Source: Paraphysomonas bandaiensis
Taxonomy: Eukaryota; Protista; Chrysophyceae
NCBI GenBank assembly: GCA_965644295.1
Contig: CBFFRP010000431.1
Location: 358,808-422,807 of the forward strand
Direction of reading: 5' to 3'
DNA: 64,000 bases
Below the pieces are notes generated by a model. The model was not told the DNA's origin. It was given only the letters and a program-made list of their open reading frames with translations, and made no database searches. Numbering within the stretch: position 1 is the first letter of the stretch; each line of letters opens with the position of its first letter. This document shows, piece by piece, positions 51,085 through 63,819 of this stretch. The position numbers and the translations under genes were made by a program.

Positions 51085-52987
51085 TGTTTGATAAATCCTT
51101 GATTGCTTGATTGGATTTGAATGGATTTAATTGTTAACTGAGAGTTCAATCAATTCACGTTGTATTTATTCTAGACCTCGCTGTCGTAGATATATATATT
51201 TACTATCAAGTCACTTGAGTGTGAATTGTGAGATAATTCTCTATATGTATAGTATGATGAGACTATCCTCCTATCACACACTTCCTGAATTTGACCTAAA
51301 GAAGAAGTCAAATAATCATCAGGAAGTTTCCTTGCAATGGTTTTATATTCGGTCTGGACGTACAGGAGTACATACTGTAGATACTGTATATAATGGGTTT
51401 GGGTAGATAATCTTGTAGAAAATTTGTGTTTTTTTTATAAAAACTAACATTTTGGGTAATAAAAGATTTTGTTTATTATAAAAACCCACTTCTACTATAC
51501 TCTATTGTACTGAACATACACTTCACGTGTTTCTTCATATATTATTCAACTATCACACTATATTAAGATATGCAATGCAGGAACCTTATAAGCTCCCAAG
51601 GAAAAGGAATTACTCATTGCTCTGTTTTGAGTAAGTGAATCCAAGACTGTAGGTACAAGGAACTTTATCAGCAAGCGGTAAACGGCGTGCTAGAGACTTT
51701 GTTGTACACTACGATCCATATGACACAGATCAGACTTGTGGAGGCTACCAAGTAGTGTCTGTGTTCCCACAAATGGAGAATAGAATTTATGAAGGCGCAT
51801 TTTACCCATTGCAGGTATGTAGATGGCATGCATTGCAGTGGATGCGCCCTGATGTCCTTTGGGTGGAAATCCTAAGAGTCATATCCAGTTTGAAAAGCTT
51901 CTGGTCGTCAACTGGGACAGGTATGAGAAAGACTGGACGCTTTAGTCGCCGTAGAACTAGCTCTTTGCTTATGAGTTCTCTTAATTAATAAGTGATCGTT
52001 GGTTGTATGAATTTGCTCGCCATGGTCATAATTTCTTCTAATAAAATACAATGTAGTGATGTGGTGACACACTAGTACCTTATTTACAAGAGATGCTAAG
52101 TGATCACAATCTTGTTTTTTTAGCTCTCTCCGTAAGGGTCTTACCTAATTCGGCCTATTTTGCGTAACACCGTTCAAACGGTCAATGGCTGAATATACAT
52201 TGTTTGGGTACAAATTCTGAAACTCGCAAAGTGCTTGTTTAGGTTCAAGAGGTCGTACTGAGTTTCCATACCGCTGTAGTCGCTTTATCAGCATGCCTCA
52301 TAGGTCGTTCCTCCAGTCGATCTTGCGCATGAGTCATACCCTGAGTGTCTTAGTCCAGTTGATAACCCAGTAAACTGATAGAACTTTTTAAGTTGTTCCT
52401 AATCTGAACTACCATCAGCTACTTCATCCGAAATTGACATTAAGATGATGTAACTTATAGAACTACACTTACTCAACCACTATCCAGCAATGAACAAATA
52501 CGACTAATGATCAACCTCTCTTATTATTCATTGTCATTCACTAAATCTGTATCTTCTCTATTACTAACAAATAACAAATAATAGCAGATTTTAGATAATC
52601 ACGAATTATATAGTCGAAATATTCAATTTCACTAACATAATGCATATCATTAGTGTATGAATACTGTTTTTAATAGCTGCATTCTTCAAGAGGCGGTCAT
52701 CATTCAAATGTAGCTAAGCTCAACATGTACGTGGTATGTAGCTTGTCATAGCAATGATGTAATAATGGCGATAGAGACTACACGTATTGCATGACGCAGC
52801 TTAACTACAATCCACAAGGGGGCTCGGAATGACATGTCATCAAAAAAGGACAGTGAAATTGATGGTAATTACATGGGCATTTCGCTGCCGCTAAACGAGT
52901 TTTCTGTCATCCAAGGACACAATACATAACATTAAAACGCTCTACGTATTATGGTATCCAAATAAGCTAAATAACATTGGGTCTATG

Positions 52988-55676
52988 CTATGATTTAGAA
53001 TTATTTGAACCATGTAATTTTTTCGACGATACGTTGGTGAAAAGTTCTTGCAATGTTTTCATAGGCATTCTCCCCACAGCAGTCTTCGAGCTGGGTTGTT
53101 CGCTACATTTATTCTTCTTCGTGGAGGCAAATTCTTTCTTTGAAATTATTCCGGCAAGTGCTTTAGAGTTTTCGGCCATCTTCTCACTTGCAGAATCTGT
53201 GGAATGCGAAATGGATTCCTCCTGCTTTCGCTTCTGCGGCGTGCAGGTTTTCGCTATCTTTGGTTCTTTCCTTGTAGCGGAGGGTACTTTTCTCGAACGA
53301 CCCTCTCCCCTTCCTCGCTTCCTTCCACGTGTGGATACTGCGTAAACTACTTCAGCTCAGAAGGGTTAATTCATCCACACAAACTACACGAGCCCACACC
53401 GGTGATATAATTGTAGTCATTCATTACGCAGTCAATCTTAATTCGTACCTTGGGATGGACGAGTGCATGTATCATCTTCACTACTGAATTCATCGATATC
53501 ATCATTACCATCACAACACACAACAGGCTGACACCATCCATTTATTGTTCCGTCGCCCGCAGAAATCGAGGTAGAGCTCGGAAGACCATTCGTATTACCA
53601 GATGGCACTCTTGAGTCTGGTCCGTTAGCCTGCGGGATACCGCCGGCTACAGTAGCGCTGATAGCTCGGCGAATTGACCAGAACACGGGTGAGAATGTTT
53701 TCTTTTCTTGTGAAGATTGATCAGGTGCCATTAGTGATTTCTGATTTGAGTTAGTTGGGTTATAATTGGAACATATCTGTGCTGAATTGTTAAGACTTTC
53801 CTGTTGTCCGACACCTCGTGGAATATCCCCACCATTCCTGAGTCCATTTCTTTCAGTTTTGCTCTCACTTGTGCATGGAGATTCATTAGGATTCATCCAA
53901 GGGTGCTGTAATGCTTGGTGCACATCCAATCGATCAACCGGGTTCAAAGTCATGAGAGATCGAACAAAACCCTTTGCAGAATTAGAAATCGCAGACCATT
54001 CTCTTCCAGAAAGGCTATAGCGTGCTTCTCGCAACTACGCACAACATGTCGGTTAGAGAAGTATGGCACATAAATAGCAATTGCAACACCACGCACCTGA
54101 TCATACAACTGATCCTCATCAAAAGGAAAGACCCCGCTGAGCATGATAAACAAGACAACTCCAAGGGACCACATGTCGGCCTTATATCCATACCTCGCTC
54201 CAAGACGGCCAGCTTCAGTGGAGGGTTCTGGAGTCTCAGAGCGTCGCCCAAGTACCTCTGGAGCAAAATATTGGGGAGTGCCACAAAACGTCTTCAGTCC
54301 TTCGTGACTCGCTCGTTTGGCGAGACCAAAGTCTGTAATTTTTATCTACATATCGACCATTAGACAGATGATAAATACATTGCCGATATATGTCGCGCCA
54401 GATAAATATACTGTAAACTTCAACACAGCAGTGTACCAGTGGTAAAATACCTGAGCATTGGGCGAGCTATCAACCAGTAATATGTTTTCCGGTTTCAGGT
54501 CCCTACACAACAAACCGTTTACACTTTCTCGTAAAACTTGTCGGGATATGAAATACACAGAAAAGAACTGCACAATCATGAAACTAATCCCATGAATTAC
54601 CTATGAACGATGTTATTACTGTGAAGATACTTTACTGCTTCCAAAAGCATTCTCATCACATTTCTTGCAGAAGATTCGGAATATTTTCCTTTCTCTATAA
54701 TACGGTCAAATAGGTCACCACCTGTTACCAATTCCATGACAATAAATATGCGATGGGCAGTTTCGAATGTGTCTTCAATCCTAATAATGTTCGGCTGTAT
54801 AAAAAACGGTAAACAACGAGCCCAAAAAAGATTAAATATCAAGCAGAAGTAGCTATGCAACTATATTCAATATATCTACAAAATGCTCATTGTGCTGCGT
54901 ACGTGAGTAAAACGAAAGCTTACATGATTTAGAATGCGCATCATTTCGGCCTCTTGTCTCAGTTCTGAAGTCGATAATCCAGGTGTTTTAGCGAACTTCT
55001 TTGTATCAATAACCTTTACAGCATACTGCTTCATTGTTGCTTTATGTGTGCAAATATGGACCTGTCCACACATTCCCGACCCTATCGCATCCCCAATTAC
55101 GTATAAATCTTCGATGCGTCGCTGAGCTTCGTGGGTTATGCGAGAATAAGGAGAAGGGGCCGTGTCAACCTTCTTCTGGGCTACTAATCGATCTCTCATA
55201 TTAATAAATATAAACGAAACTAAGCCATTTTCAGGGGTAACATAGCGGGGGTTCATCAAATATATTTCATCTCCACTTTTCAGTTCTGTCCTTTGTCCAT
55301 TCGATAGTCGAATTAAAGCGTTATTAACATACGTTCCATTGGCACTAGAATCAGTTACAAACATAGTGAGCCGCTCGTTTGAGTCATTAGAGTACTCGCA
55401 GGAAATAATACAATGAATAGAACTAACGCGTCGATCAGATATTACCACATCACACTCTTTATGACGTCCTATTGTATAACAATCTTTAGAATTGTTTTTA
55501 ATTCTATGCATAAGTTTACACTCTTGATCACTTCCCACACGACGTAATAATCCCCACATATTACTCTCCTCAGAGACTTCTACTGCACTATCTATCTTAG
55601 GTATATCAATATCATGAGCAGTACATGTATCCTCTAGAACAATTGAATGTTCTAAATGTTGATTAGATGAATTCAT
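52988..55676 (-). CDS. CHEK2: CHK2/Cds1/Rad53-like FHA-domain Ser/Thr kinase, multi-exon
   Basis: FHA motifs IGRHKECD, VSSIHC and DSSANGTYVN. Kinase motifs IGSGMCGQV, YAVKVI, IVHR|DLKPENILL, ITDFGLAK..LKTFCGTPQYFAPE and DMWSLGV. Basic C-terminal tail. Confidence 0.85.
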
Positions 55677-56511
55677 AGTATTAAAGGTAATGTATTGCAA
55701 TGGTAATGGAGGGTGTGTTAAAGTGATATGAATATATTAGCACCATCCCTTTCAATGACATCAATACTTTGGACACACATACAGAGTATAAATATTCCAG
55801 TTCTACACAAAAACATGGTATTTTACTGTCCTCAATTTCTATAAAACAAACATTTTCTTCAAATCAAAATATGTCCACCAAAAATAGAAAAGTAACAACA
55901 GTGTTGATGAAAATCAAAATTCGAAATCTGAAAACACAGAAAAAATGTCATTTCAATCCAAAAAAAATGTACGTTAGTGTCCATCCAATGAATATGTATG
56001 CATTTTACAGACTTTGTTAACCAAAATATAAATACCAAAAAAAACCTATTTTTTGGAGAGTTTTATAGAAACATAAGCTCCAAAAAAAAACACTAGTCAT
56101 AAAAATCTCGGAAATATACTCATTTTTGTTCATATACGGAAAGTCACCTACTGAGTGCTATCCATACCATACATGTATGTATAGAGCAACTCACTGGAAA
56201 TCAAGAAGACAATCTATTATCAACCAATAGATATTGATGCCGCGTAACTGATGTTGTTTGTGATGTTAGTGAGTAGAGCAGGCATCTCTACGGGAAACCG
56301 GCGGTTCCAATTTGTTATGGGTAGAACAGATTCGATGGATGTTTCTGGTGGCCCGTTGTCAGAGGTGGGATATTATACGTGTGTATGCTAGTCTGGGAAA
56401 CCGGCGGTTCCAATTTGTTATGGGTAGAACAGATTCGATGGATGTTTCTGGTGGCCCGTTGTCAGAGGTGGGATATTATACGTGTGTATGCTAGTCTGTT
56501 GTTTGAATGTC

Positions 56512-56594
56512 GTTGGATATGATTAAATGCACTGGGCACTGATACTTGTGATGCACATGCACTAAGGCCTAGAAAACCTGTAACCTGATCCAAC
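56512..56594 (+). ncRNA. SNORD88: Box C/D snoRNA, SNORD88/snR76-like (first copy), predicted to guide 2'-O-methylation of the third C in LSU rRNA UGCCCAGUGC
   Basis: Terminal stem GTTGGA/TCCAAC; box C ATGATTA (56519, one mismatch to consensus); guide GCACTGGGCA (56529-56538); D' CTGA (56539); C' GTGATGC (56548); D CTGA (56585). The guide is complementary to conserved LSU UUCUGCCCAGUGCUCUG. The D+5 rule lands on the C recalled as yeast Cm2197. Confidence 0.85.
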
Positions 56595-59500
56595 GCTGAT
56601 ACATCACGCGTATTTGTAATAGATATTGATGCCGCGTAACTGATGTTGTTTGTGATGTTAGTGAGTAGAGCAGGCATCTCTACGGGAAACCGGCGGTTCC
56701 AATTTGTTATGGGTAGAACAGATTCGATGGATGTTTCTGGTGGCCCGTTGTCAGAGGTGGGATATTATACGTGTGTATGCTAGTCTGTTGTTTGAATGTA
56801 GTTGGATATGATTAAATGCACTGGGCACTGATACTTGTGATGCACATGCACTAAGGCCTAGAAAACCTGTAACCTGATCCAACGCTGATACATCACGCAT
56901 ATTTGTAATAGATATTGATGCCGCGTAACTGATGTTGTTTGTGATGTTAGTGAGTAGAGCAGGCACCTCTACGGGAAACCGGCGGTTCCAATTTGTTATG
57001 GGTAGAACAGATTCGATGGATGTTTCTGGTGGCCCGTTGTCAGAGGTGGGATATTATACGTGTGTATGCTAGTCTGTTGTTTGAATGTAGTTGGATATGA
57101 TTAAATGCACTGGGCACTGATACTTGTGATGCACATGCACTAAGGCCTAGAAAACCTGTAACCTGATCCAACGCTGATACATCACGCATATTTGTAATAG
57201 ATATTGATGCCGCGTAACTGATGTTGTTTGTGATGTTAGTGAGTAGAGCAGGCACCTCTACGGGAAACCGGCGGTTCCAATTTGTTATGGGTAGAACAGA
57301 TTCGATGGATGTTTCTGGTGGCCCGTTGTCAGAGGTGGGATATTATACGTGTGTATGCTAGTCTGTTGTTTGAATGTAGTTGGATATGATTAAATGCACT
57401 GGGCACTGATACTTGTGATGCACATGCACTAAGGCCTAGAAAACCTGTAACCTGATCCAACGCTGATACATCACGCATATTTGTAATAGATATTGATGCC
57501 GCGTAACTGATGTTGTTTGTGATGTTAGTGAGTAGAGCAGGCACCTCTACGGGAAACCGGCGGTTCCAATTTGTTATGGGTAGAACAGATTCGATGGATG
57601 TTTCTGGTGGCCCGTTGTCAGAGGTGGGATATTATACGTGTGTATGCTAGTCTGTTGTTTGAATGTAGTTGGATATGATTAAATGCACTGGGCACTGATA
57701 CTTGTGATGCACATGCACTAAGGCCTAGAAAACCTGTAACCTGATCCAACGCTGATACATCACGCATATTTGTAATAGATATTGATGCCGCGTAACTGAT
57801 GTTGTTTGTGAAGTTAGTGAGTAGAGCAGGCATCTCTACGGGAAACCGGCGGTTCCAATTTGTTATGGGTAGAACAGATTCGATGGATGTTTCTGGTGGC
57901 CCGTTGTCAGAGGTGGGATATTATACGTGTGTATGCTAGTCTGTTGTTTGAATGTAGTTGGATATGATTAAATGCACTGGGCACTGATACTTGTGATGCA
58001 CATGCACTAAGGCCTAGAAAACCTGTAACCTGATCCAACGCTGATACATCACGCATATTTGTAATAGATATTGATGCCGCGTAACTGATGTTGTTTGTGA
58101 AGTTAGTGAGTAGAGCAGGCATCTCTACGGGAAACCGGCGGTTCCAATTTGTTATGGGTAGAACAGATTCGATGGATGTTTCTGGTGGCCCGTTGTCAGA
58201 GGTGGGATATTATACGTGTGTATGCTAGTCTGTTGTTTGAATGTCGTTGGATATGATTAAATGCACTGGGCACTGATACTTGTGATGCACATGCACTAAG
58301 GCCTAGAACACCTGTAACCTGATCCAACGCTGATACATCACGCATATTTGTAATAGATATTGATGCCGCGTAACTGATGTTGTTTGTGATGTTAGTGAGT
58401 AGAGCAGGCACCTCTACGGGAAACCGGCGGTTCCAATTTGTTATGGGTAGAACAGATTCGATGGATGTTTCTGGTGGCCCGTTGTCAGAGGTGGGATATT
58501 ATACGTGTGTATGCTAGTCTGTTGTTTGAATGTAGTTGGATATGATTAAATGCACTGGGCACTGATACTTGTGATGCACATGCACTAAGGCCTAGAAAAC
58601 CTGTAACCTGATCCAACGCTGATACATCACGCATATTTGTAATAGATATTGATGCCGCGTAACTGATGTTGTTTGTGAAGTTAGTGAGTAGAGCAGGCAT
58701 CTCTACGGGAAACCGGCGGTTCCAATTTGTTATGGGTAGAACAGATTCGATGGATGTTTCTGGTGGCCCGTTGTCAGAGGTGGGATATTATACGTGTGTA
58801 TGCTAGTCTGTTGTTTGAATGTAGTTGGATATGATTAAATGCACTGGGCACTGATACTTGTGATGCACATGCACTAAGGCCTAGAAAACCTGTAACCTGA
58901 TCCAACGCTGATACATCACGCATATTTGTAATAGATATTGATGCCGCGTAACTGATGTTGTTTGTGAAGTTAGTGAGTAGAGCAGGCATCTCTACGGGAA
59001 ACCGGCGGTTCCAATTTGTTATGGGTAGAACAGATTCGATGGATGTTTCTGGTGGCCCGTTGTCAGAGGTGGGATATTATACGTGTGTATGCTAGTCTGT
59101 TGTTTGAATGTAGTTGGATATGATTAAATGCACTGGGCACTGATACTTGTGATGCACATGCACTAAGGCCTAGAAAACCTGTAACCTGATCCAACGCTGA
59201 TACATCACGCATATTTGTAATAGATATTGATGCCGCGTAACTGATGTTGTTTGTGAAGTTAGTGAGTAGAGCAGGCATCTCTACGGGAAACCGGCGGTTC
59301 CAATTTGTTATGGGTAGAACAGATTCGATGGATGTTTCTGGTGGCCCGTTGTCAGAGGTGGGATATTATACGTGTGTATGCTAGTCTGTTGTTTGAATGT
59401 CGTTGGATATGATTAAATGCACTGGGCACTGATACTTGTGATGCACATGCACTAAGGCCTAGAAAACCTGTAACCTGATCCAACGCTGATACATCACGCA

Positions 59501-62500
59501 TATTTGTAATAGATATTGATGCCGCGTAACTGATGTTGTTTGTGATGTTAGTGAGTAGAGCAGGCACCTCTACGGGAAACCGGCGGTTCCAATTTGTTAT
59601 GGGTAGAACAGATTCGATGGATGTTTCTGGTGGCCCGTTGTCAGAGGTGGGATATTATACGTGTGTATGCTAGTCTGTTGTTTGAATGTAGTTGGATATG
59701 ATTAAATGCACTGGGCACTGATACTTGTGATGCACATGCACTAAGGCCTAGAAAACCTGTAACCTGATCCAACGCTGATACATCACGCATATTTGTAATA
59801 GATATTGATGCCGCGTAACTGATGTTGTTTTTGAAGTTAGTGAGTAGAGCAGGCATCTCTACGGGAAACCGGCGGTTCCAATTTGTTATGGGTAGAACAG
59901 ATTCGATGGATGTTTCTGGTGGCCCGTTGTCAGAGGTGGGATATTATACGTGTGTATGCTAGTCTGTTGTTTGAATGTCGTTGGATATGATTAAATGCAC
60001 TGGGCACTGATACTTGTGATGCACATGCACTAAGGCCTAGAAAACCTGTAACCTGATCCAACGCTGATACATCACGCATATTTGTAATAGATATTGATGC
60101 CGCGTAACTGATGTTGTTTGTGATGTTAGTGAGTAGAGCAGGCACCTCTACGGGAAACCGGCGGTTCCAATTTGTTATGGGTAGAACAGATTCGATGGAT
60201 GTTTCTGGTGGCCCGTTGTCAGAGGTGGGATATTATACGTGTGTATGCTAGTCTGTTGTTTGAATGTAGTTGGATATGATTAAATGCACTGGGCACTGAT
60301 ACTTGTGATGCACATGCACTAAGGCCTAGAAAACCTGTAACCTGATCCAACGCTGATACATCACGCATATTTGTAATAGATATTGATGCCGCGTAACTGA
60401 TGTTGTTTGTGATGTTAGTGAGTAGAGCAGGCATCTCTACGGGAAACCGGCGGTTCCAATTTGTTATGGGTAGAACAGATTCGATGGATGTTTCTGGTGG
60501 CCCGTTGTCAGAGGTGGGATATTATACGTGTGTATGCTAGTCTGTTGTTTGAATGTAGTTGGATATGATTAAATGCACTGGGCACTGATACTTGTGATGC
60601 ACATGCACTAAGGCCTAGAAAACCTGTAACCTGATCCAACGCTGATACATCACGCATATTTGTAATAGATATTGATGCCGCGTAACTGATGTTGTTTGTG
60701 ATGTTAGTGAGTAGAGCAGGCATCTCTACGGGAAACCGGCGGTTCCAATTTGTTATGGGTAGAACAGATTCGATGGATGTTTCTGGTGGCCCGTTGTCAG
60801 AGGTGGGATATTATACGTGTGTATGCTAGTCTGTTGTTTGAATGTAGTTGGATATGATTAAATGCACTGGGCACTGATACTTGTGATGCACATGCACTAA
60901 GGCCTAGAAAACCTGTAACCTGATCCAACGCTGATACATCACGCATATTTGTAATAGATATTGATGCCGCGTAACTGATGTTGTTTGTGATGTTAGTGAG
61001 TAGAGCAGGCATCTCTACGGGAAACCGGCGGTTCCAATTTGTTATGGGTAGAACAGATTCGATGGATGTTTCTGGTGGCCCGTTGTCAGAGGTGGGATAT
61101 TATACGTGTGTATGCTAGTCTGTTGTTTGAATGTAGTTGGATATGATTAAATGCACTGGGCACTGATACTTGTGATGCACATGCACTAAGGCCTAGAAAA
61201 CCTGTAACCTGATCCAACGCTGATACATCACGCATATTTGTAATAGATATTGATGCCGCGTAACTGATGTTGTTTGTGATGTTAGTGAGTAGAACAGGCA
61301 TCTCTACGGGAAACCGGCGGTTCCAATTTGTTATGGGTAGAACAGATTCGATGGATGTTTCTGGTGGCCCGTTGTCAGAGGTGGGATATTATACGTGTGT
61401 ATGCTAGTCTGTTGTTTGAATGTCGTTGGATATGATTAAATGCACTGGGCACTGATACTTGTGATGCACATGCACTAAGGCCTAGAAAACCTGTAACCTG
61501 ATCCAACGCTGATACATCACGCATATTTGTAATAGATATTGATGCCGCGTAACTGATGTTGTTTGTGATGTTAGTGAGTAGAGCAGGCATCTCTACGGGA
61601 AACCGGCGGTTCCAATTTGTTATGGGTAGAACAGATTCGATGGATGTTTCTGGTGGCCCGTTGTCAGAGGTGGGATATTATACGTGTGTATGCTAGTCTG
61701 TTGTTTGAATGTAGTTGGATATGATTAAATGCACTGGGCACTGATACTTGTGATGCACATGCACTAAGGCCTAGAAAACCTGTAACCTGATCCAACGCTG
61801 ATACATCACGCATATTTGTAATAGATATTGATGCCGCGTAACTGATGTTGTTTGTGATGTTAGTGAGTAGAGCAGGCATCTCTACGGGAAACCGGCGGTT
61901 CCAATTTGTTATGGGTAGAACAGATTCGATGGATGTTTCTGGTGGCCCGTTGTCAGAGGTGGGATATTATACGTGTGTATGCTAGTCTGTTGTTTGAATG
62001 TAGTTGGATATGATTAAATGCACTGGGCACTGATACTTGTGATGCACATGCACTAAGGCCTAGAAAACCTGTAACCTGATCCAACGCTGATACATCACGC
62101 ATATTTGTAATAGATATTGATGCCGCGTAACTGATGTTGTTTGTGATGTTAGTGAGTAGAGCAGGCATCTCTACGGGAAACCGGCGGTTCCAATTTGTTA
62201 TGGGTAGAACAGATTCGATGGATGTTTCTGGTGGCCCGTTGTCAGAGGTGGGATATTATACGTGTGTATGCTAGTCTGTTGTTTGAATGTAGTTGGATAT
62301 GATTAAATGCACTGGGCACTGATACTTGTGATGCACATGCACTAAGGCCTAGAAAACCTGTAACCTGATCCAACGCTGATACATCACGCATATTTGTAAT
62401 AGATATTGATGCCGCGTAACTGATGTTGTTTGTGAAGTTAGTGAGTAGAGCAGGCATCTCTACGGGAAACCGGCGGTTCCAATTTGTTATGGGTAGAACA

Positions 62501-63819
62501 GATTCGATGGATGTTTCTGGTGGCCCGTTGTCAGAGGTGGGATATTATACGTGTGTATGCTAGTCTGTTGTTTGAATGTCGTTGGATATGATTAAATGCA
62601 CTGGGCACTGATACTTGTGATGCACATGCACTAAGGCCTAGAAAACCTGTAACCTGATCCAACGCTGATACATCACGCATATTTGTAATAGATATTGATG
62701 CCGCGTAACTGATGTTGTTTGTGAAGTTAGTGAGTAGAGCAGGCATCTCTACGGGAAACCGGCGGTTCCAATTTGTTATGGGTAGAACAGATTCGATGGA
62801 TGTTTCTGGTGGCCCGTTGTCAGAGGTGGGATATTATACGTGTGTATGCTAGTCTGTTGTTTGAATGTAGTTGGATATGATTAAATGCACTGGGCACTGA
62901 TACTTGTGATGCACATGCACTAAGGCCTAGAAAACCTGTAACCTGATCCAACGCTGATACATCACGCGTATTTGTAATAGATATTGATGCCGCGTAACTG
63001 ATGTTGTTTGTGATGTTAGTGAGTAGAGCAGGCATCTCTACGGGAAACCGGCGGTTCCAATTTGTTATGGGTAGAACAGATTCGATGGATGTTTCTGGTG
63101 GCCCGTTGTCAGAGGTGGGATATTATACGTGTGTATGCTAGTCTGTTGTTTGAATGTAGTTGGATATGATTAAATGCACTGGGCACTGATACTTGTGATG
63201 CACATGCACTAAGGCCTAGAAAACCTGTAACCTGATCCAACGCTGATACATCACGCATATTTGTAATAGATATTGATGCCGCGTAACTGATGTTGTTTGT
63301 GATGTTAGTGAGTAGAGCAGGCATCTCTACGGGAAACCGGCGGTTCCAATTTGTTATGGGTAGAACAGATTCGATGGATGTTTCTGGTGGCCCGTTGTCA
63401 GAGGTGGGATATTATACGTGTGTATGCTAGTCTGTTGTTTGAATGTAGTTGGATATGATTAAATGCACTGGGCACTGATACTTGTGATGCACATGCACTA
63501 AGGCCTAGAAAACCTGTAACCTGATCCAACGCTGATACATCACGCATATTTGTAATAGATATTGATGCCGCGTAACTGATGTTGTTTGTGAAGTTAGTGA
63601 GTAGAGCAGGCATCTCTACGGGAAACCGGCGGTTCCAATTTGTTATGGGTAGAACAGATTCGATGGATGTTTCTGGTGGCCCGTTGTCAGAGGTGGGATA
63701 TTATACGTGTGTATGCTAGTCTGTTGTTTGAATGTAGTTGGATATGATTAAATGCACTGGGCACTGATACTTGTGATGCACATGCACTAAGGCCTAGAAA
63801 ACCTGTAACCTGATCCAAC
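56512..63819 (+). ncRNA. SNORD88: Array of 26 complete SNORD88/snR76-like snoRNA copies at 56512+289k (k=0..25)
   Basis: Boxes, stem and guide appeared intact in every unit inspected; last full copy at 63737-63819. Confidence 0.8.

Noticed and set aside
56565-56584. Second (D-box) guide matching SSU rRNA AUAACAGGUCUG
   Set aside because: Only a 6-nt core (ACCTGT) pairs, so the target is left unassigned.
56655-56695. Hammerhead-ribozyme-like segment (GTAGAG/CTCTAC hairpin followed by GGGAAAC)
   Set aside because: The CUGANGA core is absent (TTAGTGA) and extra Gs precede GAAA.
56676-56772. Possible H/ACA snoRNA (two weak hairpins with an AGAACA box)
   Set aside because: No terminal ACA, poor pockets and basal stems, and it overlaps the predicted splice sites.
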